A stretch of 63,963 nt of DNA, counting the filler, from Myxococcota bacterium (GTDB taxonomy: Bacteria > Myxococcota > Myxococcia > Myxococcales > Myxococcaceae): NCBI GenBank assembly GCA_049322255.1. It is 8 parts of 8 records of this genome, joined end to end, with 100 filler letters (N's around TTAATTAATTAA, not from the genome) between each part and the next. Parts side by side here need not be neighbours in the genome. Positions count along the whole stretch, not along the records: positions 1 to 8,727 come from JBMORE010000139.1; positions 8,828 to 17,483 come from JBMORE010000140.1; 6 more parts are not named here. The stretch is one strand, 5' to 3'. This document shows, piece by piece, positions 1 to 9,044 of the stretch (position 1 is its first letter; each line of letters begins with the position of its first letter). Below the pieces are notes generated by a model that saw only the letters and a program-made list of their open reading frames with translations, was not told the origin of the DNA and did not search any database. Made by a program: the position numbers and the translations under genes.

Positions 1-538
1 CTTTCGCCGCTGCCACTTTCGCCGCTGCCAGCCGCTCCGCCTCGACCTTCGCCACTGCTTCCGCCTCGGCTTTTTCGCGGGCCAGCCGTTCTTTCTCCGC
101 CTTCGCCACCGCTTCCTTGTCGGTGGGTGGGTCGACCGTCGCCACCTTCGGCTCGGATACCGAGAGCACCCGCACCACCAGCTTGGAGTCGCCCTCAGTG
201 GTGATGTCGGTTTCGGCCTCTTTGGCAAACCCGATGAGGACGCGAGCGATGGCGGAGTCCTCCGAGCCGTAGCTGGCCGTCTTCACCGCGGTCACCGTCC
301 CGTTGTTCACCTGCATCTCCGAAGGCACCCCGGAGAAAACCGCCTCGGAGAGGTCGATGACCAGCCGCGGCGGGTCGGTCATGGTGAAGGTGGTGAAGCT
401 GGGTTTTTTGCTTCCCGAAATCTCGATGGTGAAGCCCTTCACCTCCACCCGGGAGATGGTGTTGAGCGCAACCTTTTCCTGGGCCAGCGCCGGCAGGCTC
501 AGCGCCCACACCAGGAGGCCCCCGCTCCACCACTTCAT
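1..538 (-). CDS. AMIN-domain exported protein followed by an Ala/Glu/Lys-rich coiled coil (3' truncated by window edge)
   Basis: Not in the ORF track; translated by hand from ATG at 538: MKWWSGGLLVWALSLPALAQ (signal peptide), then IEISGSKKPSFTTFTMTDPPRLVIDL (AMIN-like), then EKERLAREKAEAEAVAK. Confidence 0.75.
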   Translation of the reverse strand, partial: MKWWSGGLLVWALSLPALAQEKVALNTISRVEVKGFTIEISGSKKPSFTTFTMTDPPRLVIDLSEAVFSGVPSEMQVNNGTVTAVKTASYGSEDSAIARVLIGFAKEAETDITTEGDSKLVVRVLSVSEPKVATVDPPTDKEAVAKAEKERLAREKAEAEAVAKVEAERLAAAKVAAAK

Positions 539-621
539 GCACGCGATGCTAGCATGCGCGATCGCCGCACCAATTTTTCCAAAGAGCGCCCCCTCGGACT
601 GCCGCCGAGAGAAAGAGCGCC

Positions 622-1902
622 CTAACGCACCCGTGGCAGCACGGGCGTGCGTTCGCGGTGGCTTCTGGCGTACTCGATGAGGTTCTTGATGTCGTAGCAA
701 ATCTGCCGAATGTCGTGCCCCATGGTGAGCTCGATGTGGCTGTTGCCCTTCACCGGCCGCCACAGCAAGTACTCGCTCTTGGCGGCGTGGTACACGCTGC
801 GGGTCGACTCCACCGAGGCCAGCGGGTCCATGTCGCCGAAGATGATCGCCATCGGAACGGAGATTTTGGAAAACCCGCGCTTGAAGTCGTAGCCGGTGCG
901 GTAGCACACCAGCTCGCCGCGGCGAATCCACCGGAGGAATTGCGCAGCCACCTGGCGCGGCTCGCGCTCGCCCCCCTCGCGCAAAAGCCACCGGACGTCG
1001 GCCGCGCTCGCCCGGGCCGGGTTGGAAAGCCAGGTGAGGTGGCCGGCGATCGCCTCGAACACCGGTTGGGTCTCCGCCTTGTCGAGCACCCGTGAGGCGA
1101 GCTTGAGCCAGGTATCCACCGGCACGTAGTGGAAGGACAACCGCCGAGGGGGAGTGATTGCAGGCGGCTCTGCCTCGACGTGCCTAAGAAGGGCACCGGT
1201 CCTGCGCAGCGCTCGGCGCCCCTTGTACAGGGCGTTCCTTTGCGCGTTGAGCACCGCCAGCACGGCATCGACGGTCAGCCCGGCCAGGGGGCCGCCCAAA
1301 GCGAGCAGCTTGAGGAAGAGAAACCCCCGGCCTAAATCCGCGGGGGAGCCGATGGTGATGAGCCCCTCGAAGTCGTCGTGAATGCCGGCGTACCCGTAAC
1401 CGAGGATGCCGCCCATCGAATGGCCGCAGTAGAAAATGCGCTTGCGCCGGGTGATGCGCTTGACACCCGCCACCGCCGCCGGCAAGTCGTAAAGGAAGTA
1501 GCTGTCGATGTCCCAGCCGTAGTCGAGGTCGGCGGGCGGAGGCCGGCGGAAGCGCGCCGCCTGCTCCTTTTGAAGCGCAATCGAGCTCTTCCCGTGCCCG
1601 CGCAGCTCGAGAATGTGAATGTCCACTCCGAAGTAGAGGAGGTTCTTCACCAGCTCGCCCGACGTCCAGGCGTGCCGGTTCTGGGAAAAACCGTGCACCA
1701 GGAGCAAGGGCTCGCCGGCGAGCGGCTGCGGAAAAGGCTGCGGCAAGGGCCGGTAGCGGGTGATGACCAAGGACCAGCGATCGGCCGTCTCCACCACGTA
1801 CTTGGTCTTCGTGTACAGCGAGCGAAAGTCGACCTCGTCGACCGTGGGGGCGTGGGCAGGCAGCTCCACCGGCATCCGCATGTTCGACAATTTAAGAGCC
1901 AA
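622..1902 (-). CDS. Alpha/beta-fold hydrolase (lipase/PhaC-like)
   Basis: LLLVHGF oxyanion motif, ELRGHG, GHSMGG nucleophile elbow, GDMDPLA and C-terminal SHIEL; start uncertain (TTG 1902 or a downstream ATG). Confidence 0.85.
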   Translation of the reverse strand: MALKLSNMRMPVELPAHAPTVDEVDFRSLYTKTKYVVETADRWSLVITRYRPLPQPFPQPLAGEPLLLVHGFSQNRHAWTSGELVKNLLYFGVDIHILELRGHGKSSIALQKEQAARFRRPPPADLDYGWDIDSYFLYDLPAAVAGVKRITRRKRIFYCGHSMGGILGYGYAGIHDDFEGLITIGSPADLGRGFLFLKLLALGGPLAGLTVDAVLAVLNAQRNALYKGRRALRRTGALLRHVEAEPPAITPPRRLSFHYVPVDTWLKLASRVLDKAETQPVFEAIAGHLTWLSNPARASAADVRWLLREGGEREPRQVAAQFLRWIRRGELVCYRTGYDFKRGFSKISVPMAIIFGDMDPLASVESTRSVYHAAKSEYLLWRPVKGNSHIELTMGHDIRQICYDIKNLIEYARSHRERTPVLPRVR

Positions 1903-3229
1903 TGGTGCAGCGCGCCATCCTCCCCTCTCCCCATGGGAGAGGGAGCCGTTTCACCGCGCCCACCAGGAACAGCGAGCCGCAGCACAACACCAGCCCTTTC
2001 GTGCTTTGGCGCGCCGCCTCTTTTGCCGCGGCCAACGCTTCGCCGACGTCGGCGTGGACGAAGGCGGCCGGGCACAGCGCCCGGGCCTCGGAGAGGTAAC
2101 GCTGGGGGAGGAGGGTACGGGGGCTGTCCAGAGGCGTCAGGTGCACGCTTCGGCAGCGGGGGAAAAGCGCACGCAGCATGGGGCGATGGTCTTTGTCGGC
2201 GAGCACCCCGAAGACCAAGTGCACCGCGTGACGGGGGTAGAGGTCTTCGAGCGATGCCGCCAGCGCCTCGATGCCCGCGGGGTTGTGGGCGCCGTCCAAC
2301 AACAAGGGCGGATCTCCCTCCACCCGTTCCAGGCGTCCGGGCCAATCGACGTCGGCGAAGCCGGCGCGGGCGCTCTCTTGGGAGATGGAAAGCCCGCGGT
2401 CCTCGAGCAGCTCCAGACAGGCCATCGCCACCGCCGCGTTCTGGATTTGATGTCGGCCGGCCAGCCCCAGCCACAGCTTCCTCACCGCGGTGCGCATGCC
2501 GCGGTAGGCGTAGGTTTGGGGCCTTTTCCCCTTTTCCGGCTCGAGGAAGAAGTCACGCCCCTCCAGCCGAAGCGGCGAGCCCACCTCGGAGGCGATGCGC
2601 TCGATCGTCTCCTGCGCCTCGGGCGCCTGGCGGCTCACCACCGCGGGCACCCCGGGCTTGAAGATGCCCGCCTTCTCGGCGGCGATGGCCGCGAGGGTGT
2701 GTCCCAGGTAGTCCATGTGGTCGAAGGAGACCGGCGTCACCGCCGTCACCGCCGGCTGGGTAGCGGTGGTGGCGTCGAGGCGGCCTCCCAGGCCGACCTC
2801 CAGCACCGCCACATCGACCTTCTCTTTCGCGAAGTGCCACAACGCCACCAGCGTGCCCAGCTCGAAGTAGGTGAGCGGCGAGGGCGAGGTTTTGGCCTCC
2901 GGGTAGCGCTCGAGCACCTCGAGAACGCGCGTGCCCAACATCGAGTCGGAGATGGCCTCGTTGCCCACCCGAATGCGCTCGTTGACCCGGACGAGGTGCG
3001 GCGAGGTGTAGAGCCCGACCTTGTAGCCTTGCGCGGACAAGGCGGCGGCGGCGAAGGCGCAGGTCGAGCCCTTGCCGTTGGTGCCGGCGACTTGCAGCAC
3101 CGGAAAGTCACGCTCGGGGTTCTTGAGTGCCCAAAGCGCCTCGTACATGCGCGAAAGCCCCAGGCGCACCGCCGAAGGCGAGAGCGAGGAGAGGAAGGTG
3201 AGCGCCTCCGTGGGCGTTGAAACCTTCAC
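1892..3229 (-). CDS. folC: Folylpolyglutamate synthase/dihydrofolate synthase
   Basis: VAGTNGKGS, GLYTSPHL, EVGLGGRLDAT, WPGRLE, DGAHNP, CGSLFLVG; GTG start at 3229 overlaps the accD stop (GTGA). Confidence 0.95.
   Translation of the reverse strand: MKVSTPTEALTFLSSLSPSAVRLGLSRMYEALWALKNPERDFPVLQVAGTNGKGSTCAFAAAALSAQGYKVGLYTSPHLVRVNERIRVGNEAISDSMLGTRVLEVLERYPEAKTSPSPLTYFELGTLVALWHFAKEKVDVAVLEVGLGGRLDATTATQPAVTAVTPVSFDHMDYLGHTLAAIAAEKAGIFKPGVPAVVSRQAPEAQETIERIASEVGSPLRLEGRDFFLEPEKGKRPQTYAYRGMRTAVRKLWLGLAGRHQIQNAAVAMACLELLEDRGLSISQESARAGFADVDWPGRLERVEGDPPLLLDGAHNPAGIEALAASLEDLYPRHAVHLVFGVLADKDHRPMLRALFPRCRSVHLTPLDSPRTLLPQRYLSEARALCPAAFVHADVGEALAAAKEAARQSTKGLVLCCGSLFLVGAVKRLPLPWGEGRMARCTIGS
1923..1943. 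repeat. REP-like palindrome CCCTCTCCC-N3-GGGAGAGGG (copy A, inside the folC 3' end)
   Basis: Perfect 9-bp stem with 3-nt loop; same motif at 31106 and 39139. Confidence 0.75.
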
Positions 3230-4074
3230 CCCAACAGGCCCAACAGCTGCGAAAGCTTGGCCCGCAAGTCCTTGCGGGGAACGATGGCGTCGATCATTCC
3301 ATGCTCGAGCAAAAACTCGGAGCGCTGGAAGCCCTCGGGCAGCTTCTGCCGAATGGTCTGCTCGATGACCCGCGGGCCGGCGAAGCCGATGAGCGCCTTC
3401 GGCTCGGCGAGAATGACGTCTCCCAGCCAGGCGAAAGACGCGGCGACGCCGCCGGTGGTGGGGTGGAGCATCACCGAGATGTAGGGCCTTTTCACCTCGC
3501 GGAAGCGGGCGATCGCCGCCGAGGTCTTGCCCATCTGCATGAGGGAGTAGATGCCCTCCTGCATGCGCGCCCCGCCCGAGGCGGAAAAAACGATCGCCGG
3601 GCACTGGAGCTTGCGCGCGCGCTCGAACACCCGCGTCACCTTCTCACCCACCACCGAGCCCATCGAGCCGCCCATGAACTCGAAGACGAAGCAGCCCATC
3701 GACACCCGGCGGCCGTCGATCGTCCCCACCCCCGAGATGAACGCGTCGCTCTCGGAGAGCGACTTCTTGGTGCTGCGGAGCCGGTCTTTGTATTTCTTGG
3801 AATCGGAAAAGCCCAAAGGGTCGAGCGGCTCGAGGCCGGTGTCGAATTCCTCGAAGCTGTCCGGGTCGAGCAGGCCGGCCAACCGGGCGCGCGCCGGCCA
3901 GGGCAGGTGCTGGCCGCAGGCAGGGCAGACGTTGAGGTTCTTCTCCAGCTCGGCGCGGTAAAGAATCTCGTCGCACTCTTCGCACTTGGCCCACAGACCT
4001 TCCATGCGGGAGGGAGCCTTCTCCTCCGGCTCGGGCACGGTCGAAATGCGTGGCTTCTTCGCGAACCAGGTCAT
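3226..4074 (-). CDS. accD: Acetyl-CoA carboxylase carboxyltransferase beta subunit
   Basis: Zn ribbon CEEC...CPAC, FMGGSMGSVVGEK, SGGARMQEG, PTTGGV, GFAGPRVIEQT; accD-folC order. Confidence 0.97.
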   Translation of the reverse strand: MTWFAKKPRISTVPEPEEKAPSRMEGLWAKCEECDEILYRAELEKNLNVCPACGQHLPWPARARLAGLLDPDSFEEFDTGLEPLDPLGFSDSKKYKDRLRSTKKSLSESDAFISGVGTIDGRRVSMGCFVFEFMGGSMGSVVGEKVTRVFERARKLQCPAIVFSASGGARMQEGIYSLMQMGKTSAAIARFREVKRPYISVMLHPTTGGVAASFAWLGDVILAEPKALIGFAGPRVIEQTIRQKLPEGFQRSEFLLEHGMIDAIVPRKDLRAKLSQLLGLLG

Positions 4075-4077
4075 CTT

Positions 4078-4833
4078 CTAAAACTCGAAGGTGTCGCCCA
4101 GCTCGAGCACCTCGACCGGCATGCCTTGGAGCTCCTCTTTGAGCTGGGGCACGAAGGCGGGCTTCAAGTGGTAGAGAAACACCGCGGCGCCGTTGCGGTC
4201 GAACTTGGCAAGCTCGCCTTTCAGCGTCTGCGGGGTGAGGTGCCCCGAGAGGTCCGCCAGCTTTTGCAGCCGGTTGGGAAAGCTGGTCTCCAAGAGCACC
4301 GCCTTGAGCTTTTTCGTCTTGTTGAGCACCTGCCACAGCTTGGTGGTGGGGCCGGTGTCCCCGCTCATCGCCACCGAGTGGACGCCGTCGCTGACGACGA
4401 AGCCGCAGGACTCGACCGGGTGGCTGACCGGCACCGATTGCACCGTGTACTTGCCGATCTTGAAGCGCGCCCCCGCCTTGAAGGCCTTGATCTGCAAGAC
4501 CGGATTCTTCTTGGTGGGAATCTGGGTGAAATCCGGCCACAGCGAGTCGTTGAACATGTTCTCGTGCAGCGTCTTGGCGCACTCTTTCGAAGCGTGAATG
4601 GTGACCGGCCGTTCGCGCCGCCCCACGATGAGGTCGGCCATCAGCGGCAAGTCCTTCACGTGGTCGAAGTGGCTGTGCGAGAGGACGATGTCGTTCACCT
4701 GGCACAGCTCGTCGAGCGACAGCTGTGCGGTGAGCGCGCCGGCGTCGAGGGCCAGTACCCCGTCGATGAGGAAACACGTCGTTTTGTACTTGGGCAGCTC
4801 ACCGCCGTGGCAACCCAACACACGAAGTCTCAA
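4078..4833 (-). CDS. MBL-fold hydrolase, class II cyclic-nucleotide phosphodiesterase-like
   Basis: LRVLGCHGG, HSHFDH metal motif, FNDSLWPDF, VSHPV, SGDTGP, ETSFP, SGHLTP, YHLKP; lies next to a cyclase and a Crp-type gene. Confidence 0.85.
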   Translation of the reverse strand: MRLRVLGCHGGELPKYKTTCFLIDGVLALDAGALTAQLSLDELCQVNDIVLSHSHFDHVKDLPLMADLIVGRRERPVTIHASKECAKTLHENMFNDSLWPDFTQIPTKKNPVLQIKAFKAGARFKIGKYTVQSVPVSHPVESCGFVVSDGVHSVAMSGDTGPTTKLWQVLNKTKKLKAVLLETSFPNRLQKLADLSGHLTPQTLKGELAKFDRNGAAVFLYHLKPAFVPQLKEELQGMPVEVLELGDTFEF

Positions 4834-4834
4834 G

Positions 4835-5485
4835 CTAGAGATCTCCGAATTTCCACTTCATCTCGAGGTACTGAAGAAAGTCGTGCAGGCGCGCCGTGTC
4901 GTGCACGGTGACCCGGTCGCCGCTGCGCTCGATGAGCCCGCTGCGCTCCAGGCGGTGAAGCATGAAGCGAATCGCCGGCTCCCCCACCCCCAACAGGCGC
5001 GGCAGCTCGCGCACCGGAAAGTCGACCTCGATCCCCTCCTCCATCGGCCGCCCGCGGCTTTGGCAGGCGTGCAGGAGGTGGTGCACCACCCGGCTGGAGG
5101 GGTCGGCGAAGAGCAGGTTCTCGATCTGCGCGTCGGCCTCGGAGAGGCGCTCGGCCAGCTTCTTGATCATCCGCACGGCGATCTCCGAGTTGCCCCGAAT
5201 CATTCCCTCGAACGTCTTGGGGTCGATGACCAAGAGCTTGGCGTCTTCCGAGACCACCGCCGACGCGTTGCGCGGCTTGTTGGAGATGATCGCCATCTCC
5301 CCGAAGAACTCCCCGGGGCCCAAGGTGGCGAGCACTTTCTCGACGTCGCGCACCTTCTTGGAGATGGCCACCTTCCCCACCTGGAGGACGAACATCTCCT
5401 TACCGGGCTCACCCTCGCGGAAGAGCACCGTTCCTTTGGGGAACTCCTTGCCAAACCGCTGGAAGAGGGTCTCCTCGGCGCCCAT
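4835..5485 (-). CDS. Crp/Fnr-family cyclic nucleotide-binding regulator
   Basis: LFREGEPG, GEFFGEMA, PRNASA phosphate-binding cassette; C-terminal winged-helix-like segment. Confidence 0.9.
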   Translation of the reverse strand: MGAEETLFQRFGKEFPKGTVLFREGEPGKEMFVLQVGKVAISKKVRDVEKVLATLGPGEFFGEMAIISNKPRNASAVVSEDAKLLVIDPKTFEGMIRGNSEIAVRMIKKLAERLSEADAQIENLLFADPSSRVVHHLLHACQSRGRPMEEGIEVDFPVRELPRLLGVGEPAIRFMLHRLERSGLIERSGDRVTVHDTARLHDFLQYLEMKWKFGDL

Positions 5486-5528
5486 GGCTCGACTGGTGCT
5501 CTAGCAGGCCCTTTCCAAACCCGTCAAA

Positions 5529-7883
5529 TTACTTGGTGGTCGCGGTATAGACGCCGTCCCACCCGGGGCCGGGGGGGTGCGCCCGGAGATGGGCGATTTC
5601 GTTGAGGTAGCGCCGGGAGGGAGCATCTTCGGGCCAAAGCCCCAAGACCGCCTGGAAATGGGCCTGAGCCTCGTCCCACTTCTGCTCGGTGTAGGCGTTC
5701 AAACCGGCCTCGAAGCGTGCAATGGCTTCGCCGTCGTTGCCTTGCGCCAAGCCCAACCCGCGCAGCTCGTAGATGCGCACCGGCTTTCTTTTTCCTTTGA
5801 CCCGCACCGCGCCCAGCCGGCGGCACACCACCTGGTCTTTCACCAGCGCGTGGGTGCCCTCGGAGAAGATGATGCGCGTCTCGTACTCCTTGTTGGTGCC
5901 CTCCAGCCGCGAGGCGAGGTTCACCGCGTCGCCCATCACCGTGTAGTCGACGCGCACGTCCGAGCCCATGTTGCCGACGATCATCGGCCCGGAGTTGATA
6001 CCCACCCCGATGTCGAACTCGGGGAGGTTTTCCTCCCGCCACTTCTTCTTGAGGGTTTCCAGCTGAGTCAGGAAGCGCAAGGAGGCGCGGCAGGCACGTA
6101 AAGCGTGGTCGGGCTGGTCCAAGGGAGCGTTCCAGAAGGCCATCACCGCGTCGCCGATGTACTTGTCCAGGGTGCCCCGCTCGTCGAACACCGTCTGGGT
6201 CATCGGGGTGAGGTACTCCTTGATGAAGGCGGCCAGCTTCTCGGGGAGCATGCGCTCGGAGAGCGTGGTGAAGCCGCGGATGTCGGAGAAGAGCACCGTC
6301 ATCTCGCGCTTCTCTCCCCGGTTGAGCTTCTCCGGGTTTTGCAGCGCCTCCTCCATCACCTCTTCGCCCAGGTAGCGGGAGAACGTCTTGCGCAGCTGGA
6401 GCTTTTCCCGGTCCACCGAGAGGTAGCCGAGGAAGATGACCCCGAAGGAGACGACGAGCAGGTTGAGCGCCGGCAGCACGGTGGACAGCTGCACTCCGGA
6501 AGCGAAGAGCGCCAGGTCGACCGCCCCGCCCAGGGCTACCGCCGCGACGATGAGGCCCGCCTTGAGCTTGAAGGAGCGCAGGCGCGGGATGAGCGCCCCC
6601 ACCAGCAAGGCGGCCAGGAGCATCACCAGCGCTTCCACCAGCGAAAGGCCCGCGGGCCGGGTGAGGAAGTCTTCGGAAAGGATGTTCGAGACCATCGCCG
6701 CGTGGGAATAGACCCCCGGCTCGAGCTCCTTGAAGGGCGTGACGCGCTGATCGCCAAAGCTGCCGGCGAGCGTCACCCCGACCAGCACCACCTTCCCCGC
6801 GAGGGCCCCCGGCGTCAGCGTTCCTTCGAGCACGTCGATGGCCGACAGGGTGGTGAGCTGCGTGCCGGGCCCTGGGTGGTTGATGAGCGAGAAAGGCTCT
6901 TTGAACTGGGAGGGCACCAGAATCGGTTTTCTCTCCCTTGGGCGAAGCCGCGCGCCGGTGAGCCGGTCGCCTTCGAAGACCGGTTCGACCTGCGCGCCCA
7001 GGGCCGTCGCCGCCGTCTGGAGCGACAGCGCCGGGAGCAGGCCTTTGTTCGCCTCCAGCTTGGCGAACAGCGGCATCCGCCGAAGCGTCCCGTCCACGTC
7101 GGGGATGAAATTGAAGTGCCCCAAGCGTGTCCCCGCCTTGGCGAACAAGGGCAGCGGAGTCTGCGCCGAGTGCATCGTCCACCCTTTGAGCGACTCGATG
7201 GGGATTTCGAAGAACGACCCAGGCACCGCACCGGGCACCTGGCGAAGGAGGTGAGGCTCGAGCAGCTCTGCCTGCTCGCGCACCTTGGCCGAAGAGAAGT
7301 CGTCCACGTCCGAAGGGGGATAGGCGATCACCCCTTGCACCACCTGGGGCGCCTGGGACAACGCCCGCGCGAGAAAGAGGTCGGGGGCAGTCGAGCTCCG
7401 CTCCGCCAGGGCCTGCCGGAAATCCGCGAGCTGCACGTCGAGCCCCGGCTTGTCCTTGGCCGCCTGGTCGAAGCGCTCGAGCACCTCACGGTAGGCCGCC
7501 CCCGCAGAATCCACGCTTTCGTCAGTGAAAATCATATCGAGGCCGATCGCCTTGGCGCCGGCGGCGTTCAGCTTCTCGACGAGCTCGGCCATCGTGGCGC
7601 GCGACCACGGCCACAACCCCAGCCGTTGCACGCTCTTCTCGTCGATCGCCACCACCACGACATCGGGGTGAGGCGCGCGCGGACCGCGCAGCTTGAACTT
7701 GAAGTCGGTCGCTTTGCCCTCCAGCGACTGGATGGCGCGCAGCAGCACGCCGGAAACCATCGAACGTTCTTCACGCAAGAGGCCGATCGCCGGCTGGGCA
7801 TCGGACCAGACGTGAAGCACTCCGAGCACCAGAGCGATCGCCAGCGCGAGCAACTCGTAGCGTCTGCGCGAGAGGAAGGTCAT
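5529..7883 (-). CDS. CHASE2-domain membrane class III adenylate/guanylate cyclase with C-terminal TPR-like tail
   Basis: VVVVAIDEKS...WPWSR and PDVDGTLRR (CHASE2), three TM helices, FSDIRGFTTLSE, DKYIGDAVMA, DYTVMGDAVNLASRLEG, VKGK; start taken at ATG 7883. Confidence 0.93.
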   Translation of the reverse strand: MTFLSRRRYELLALAIALVLGVLHVWSDAQPAIGLLREERSMVSGVLLRAIQSLEGKATDFKFKLRGPRAPHPDVVVVAIDEKSVQRLGLWPWSRATMAELVEKLNAAGAKAIGLDMIFTDESVDSAGAAYREVLERFDQAAKDKPGLDVQLADFRQALAERSSTAPDLFLARALSQAPQVVQGVIAYPPSDVDDFSSAKVREQAELLEPHLLRQVPGAVPGSFFEIPIESLKGWTMHSAQTPLPLFAKAGTRLGHFNFIPDVDGTLRRMPLFAKLEANKGLLPALSLQTAATALGAQVEPVFEGDRLTGARLRPRERKPILVPSQFKEPFSLINHPGPGTQLTTLSAIDVLEGTLTPGALAGKVVLVGVTLAGSFGDQRVTPFKELEPGVYSHAAMVSNILSEDFLTRPAGLSLVEALVMLLAALLVGALIPRLRSFKLKAGLIVAAVALGGAVDLALFASGVQLSTVLPALNLLVVSFGVIFLGYLSVDREKLQLRKTFSRYLGEEVMEEALQNPEKLNRGEKREMTVLFSDIRGFTTLSERMLPEKLAAFIKEYLTPMTQTVFDERGTLDKYIGDAVMAFWNAPLDQPDHALRACRASLRFLTQLETLKKKWREENLPEFDIGVGINSGPMIVGNMGSDVRVDYTVMGDAVNLASRLEGTNKEYETRIIFSEGTHALVKDQVVCRRLGAVRVKGKRKPVRIYELRGLGLAQGNDGEAIARFEAGLNAYTEQKWDEAQAHFQAVLGLWPEDAPSRRYLNEIAHLRAHPPGPGWDGVYTATTK

Positions 7884-7957
7884 CAGAGCGCGCGCATGGT
7901 AACCGCGAAGTGCCCTCGCCCCAAGGAGACATCCGATGCACCTGCAAAGTCCTGGCA

Positions 7958-7997
7958 TTGACACCTAAAGGCATACTCCTTAGCGTGATTCGTATGC
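7958..7997 (+). promoter_or_regulatory. Sigma70-type promoter and operator of vapBC
   Basis: TTGACA (7958-63), 17 nt, TAGCGT (7981-86); inverted repeat GCATAC (7971)/GTATGC (7992). Confidence 0.7.
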
Positions 7998-8209
7998 GCA
8001 CGACGCTCGACATCCCCGAAGAGCTGATGGAGGAAGCCAAGTCGCTCCTGCACTTCAAGTCGAAGACCGACACCATCATCGTTGCACTTAAGGAGCTGAT
8101 TCGCCGCCGGCGAATCGAGGAGCTCAAGGCGTTGCACGGGAAAGTCGACCTCCAGATCGACCTGACCGGTTCGCGTCGCCGGCCCCCGCGAAAGTCCTCG
8201 CGAACGTGA
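7994..8209 (+). CDS. vapB: VapB-family antitoxin
   Basis: MRTTLDIPEELMEEA...KSKTDTIIVALKELIRR; GTGA overlap with a PIN gene. Confidence 0.88.
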   Translation: MRTTLDIPEELMEEAKSLLHFKSKTDTIIVALKELIRRRRIEELKALHGKVDLQIDLTGSRRRPPRKSSRT

Positions 8210-8604
8210 TCTTCGTCGACACCTCGGTCTGGGTGACCTACTTCCGTGGCCGGGATCCGCGGCTGGCGGACACCCTGGAGCGGCTTCTCGATGACGACCA
8301 AGTCGGCCTGGCCGCGCCGGTTCGCCTTGAGCTGCTTGGAGGAGCATCGGCAGCAAGTCACTCTTCGCTTCGCCGCTCCCTCGCGGCCCTCCCTGTCTTT
8401 TACCCGACGCGCGACACCTGGTCGCTCGTGGATCGCTGGGTCGAGCGCGCAGTTGCTCGGGGAGAGCGCTTCGGGATGGGTGACCTTCTCATCGGCGCGA
8501 TCGCCGCGGAACGAGGCAGCCCGATCTGGTCGCTCGACCACGATTTTGCCCGCCTCGCGAGGCTCAAACTCTTGAAGCTTTTCTCACCACCCAGAAGTCA
8601 TTGA
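8206..8604 (+). CDS. vapC: VapC PIN-domain toxin
   Basis: MIFVDTSVW, RLELLGG, GDLLIGAIA, WSLDHDF acidic PIN residues. Confidence 0.92.
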   Translation: MIFVDTSVWVTYFRGRDPRLADTLERLLDDDQVGLAAPVRLELLGGASAASHSSLRRSLAALPVFYPTRDTWSLVDRWVERAVARGERFGMGDLLIGAIAAERGSPIWSLDHDFARLARLKLLKLFSPPRSH

Positions 8605-8727
8605 CCCCGCGCGCCCCCGGTAGTTCCAGAGCAAGTACGGTTACTTCGTCGACAGGTTGCCGGGTACGTTCTCGAAGTCGACGATTCCGACGAAGAGGTC
8701 GGTCTCTTCGCCGGGCGGCGTTGAAAT

Positions 8728-8827
8728 NNNNNNNNNNNNNNNNNNNNNNNNNNNNNNNNNNNNNNNNNNNNTTAATTAATTAANNNNNNNNNNNNNNNNN
8801 NNNNNNNNNNNNNNNNNNNNNNNNNNN
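8728..8827. other. Artificial contig linker
   Basis: N44-TTAATTAATTAA-N44. Confidence 0.99.
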
Positions 8828-8952
8828 CCCGCTCAGGGAAGCGAGCCCGTTACCGCGGCATCCGGAAGAACCTCTTCGACCAACGACGACATGCCGCCCT
8901 CGTCAACCTTCGGGCCCTCGCCTCACTCGACCTAACCGGGTCAGCTCTCTAG
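8828..8952 (+). mobile_element. Right end of an IS (IS1182/IS5-like): transposase C-terminus plus terminal inverted repeat
   Basis: Hand translation RSGKRARYRGIRKNLFDQRRHAALVNLRAL...*; 8931-8952 is the reverse complement of 58911-58932 (20/22) and ends in CTAG. Confidence 0.8.
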
Positions 8953-9044
8953 GGCTGGGAGGCTTCGAGGATGACGCGGCATCTCCGGCCCCCATGGGCA
9001 TGGTCACCAGCGCGCAGGTGGGGGGAAGCTTCTAACGCGAGGTT

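Noticed and set aside
5495..5504. GGTGCTCTAG as another IS end
   Set aside because: Only CTCTAG matches the terminal repeat and no transposase sequence is adjacent.
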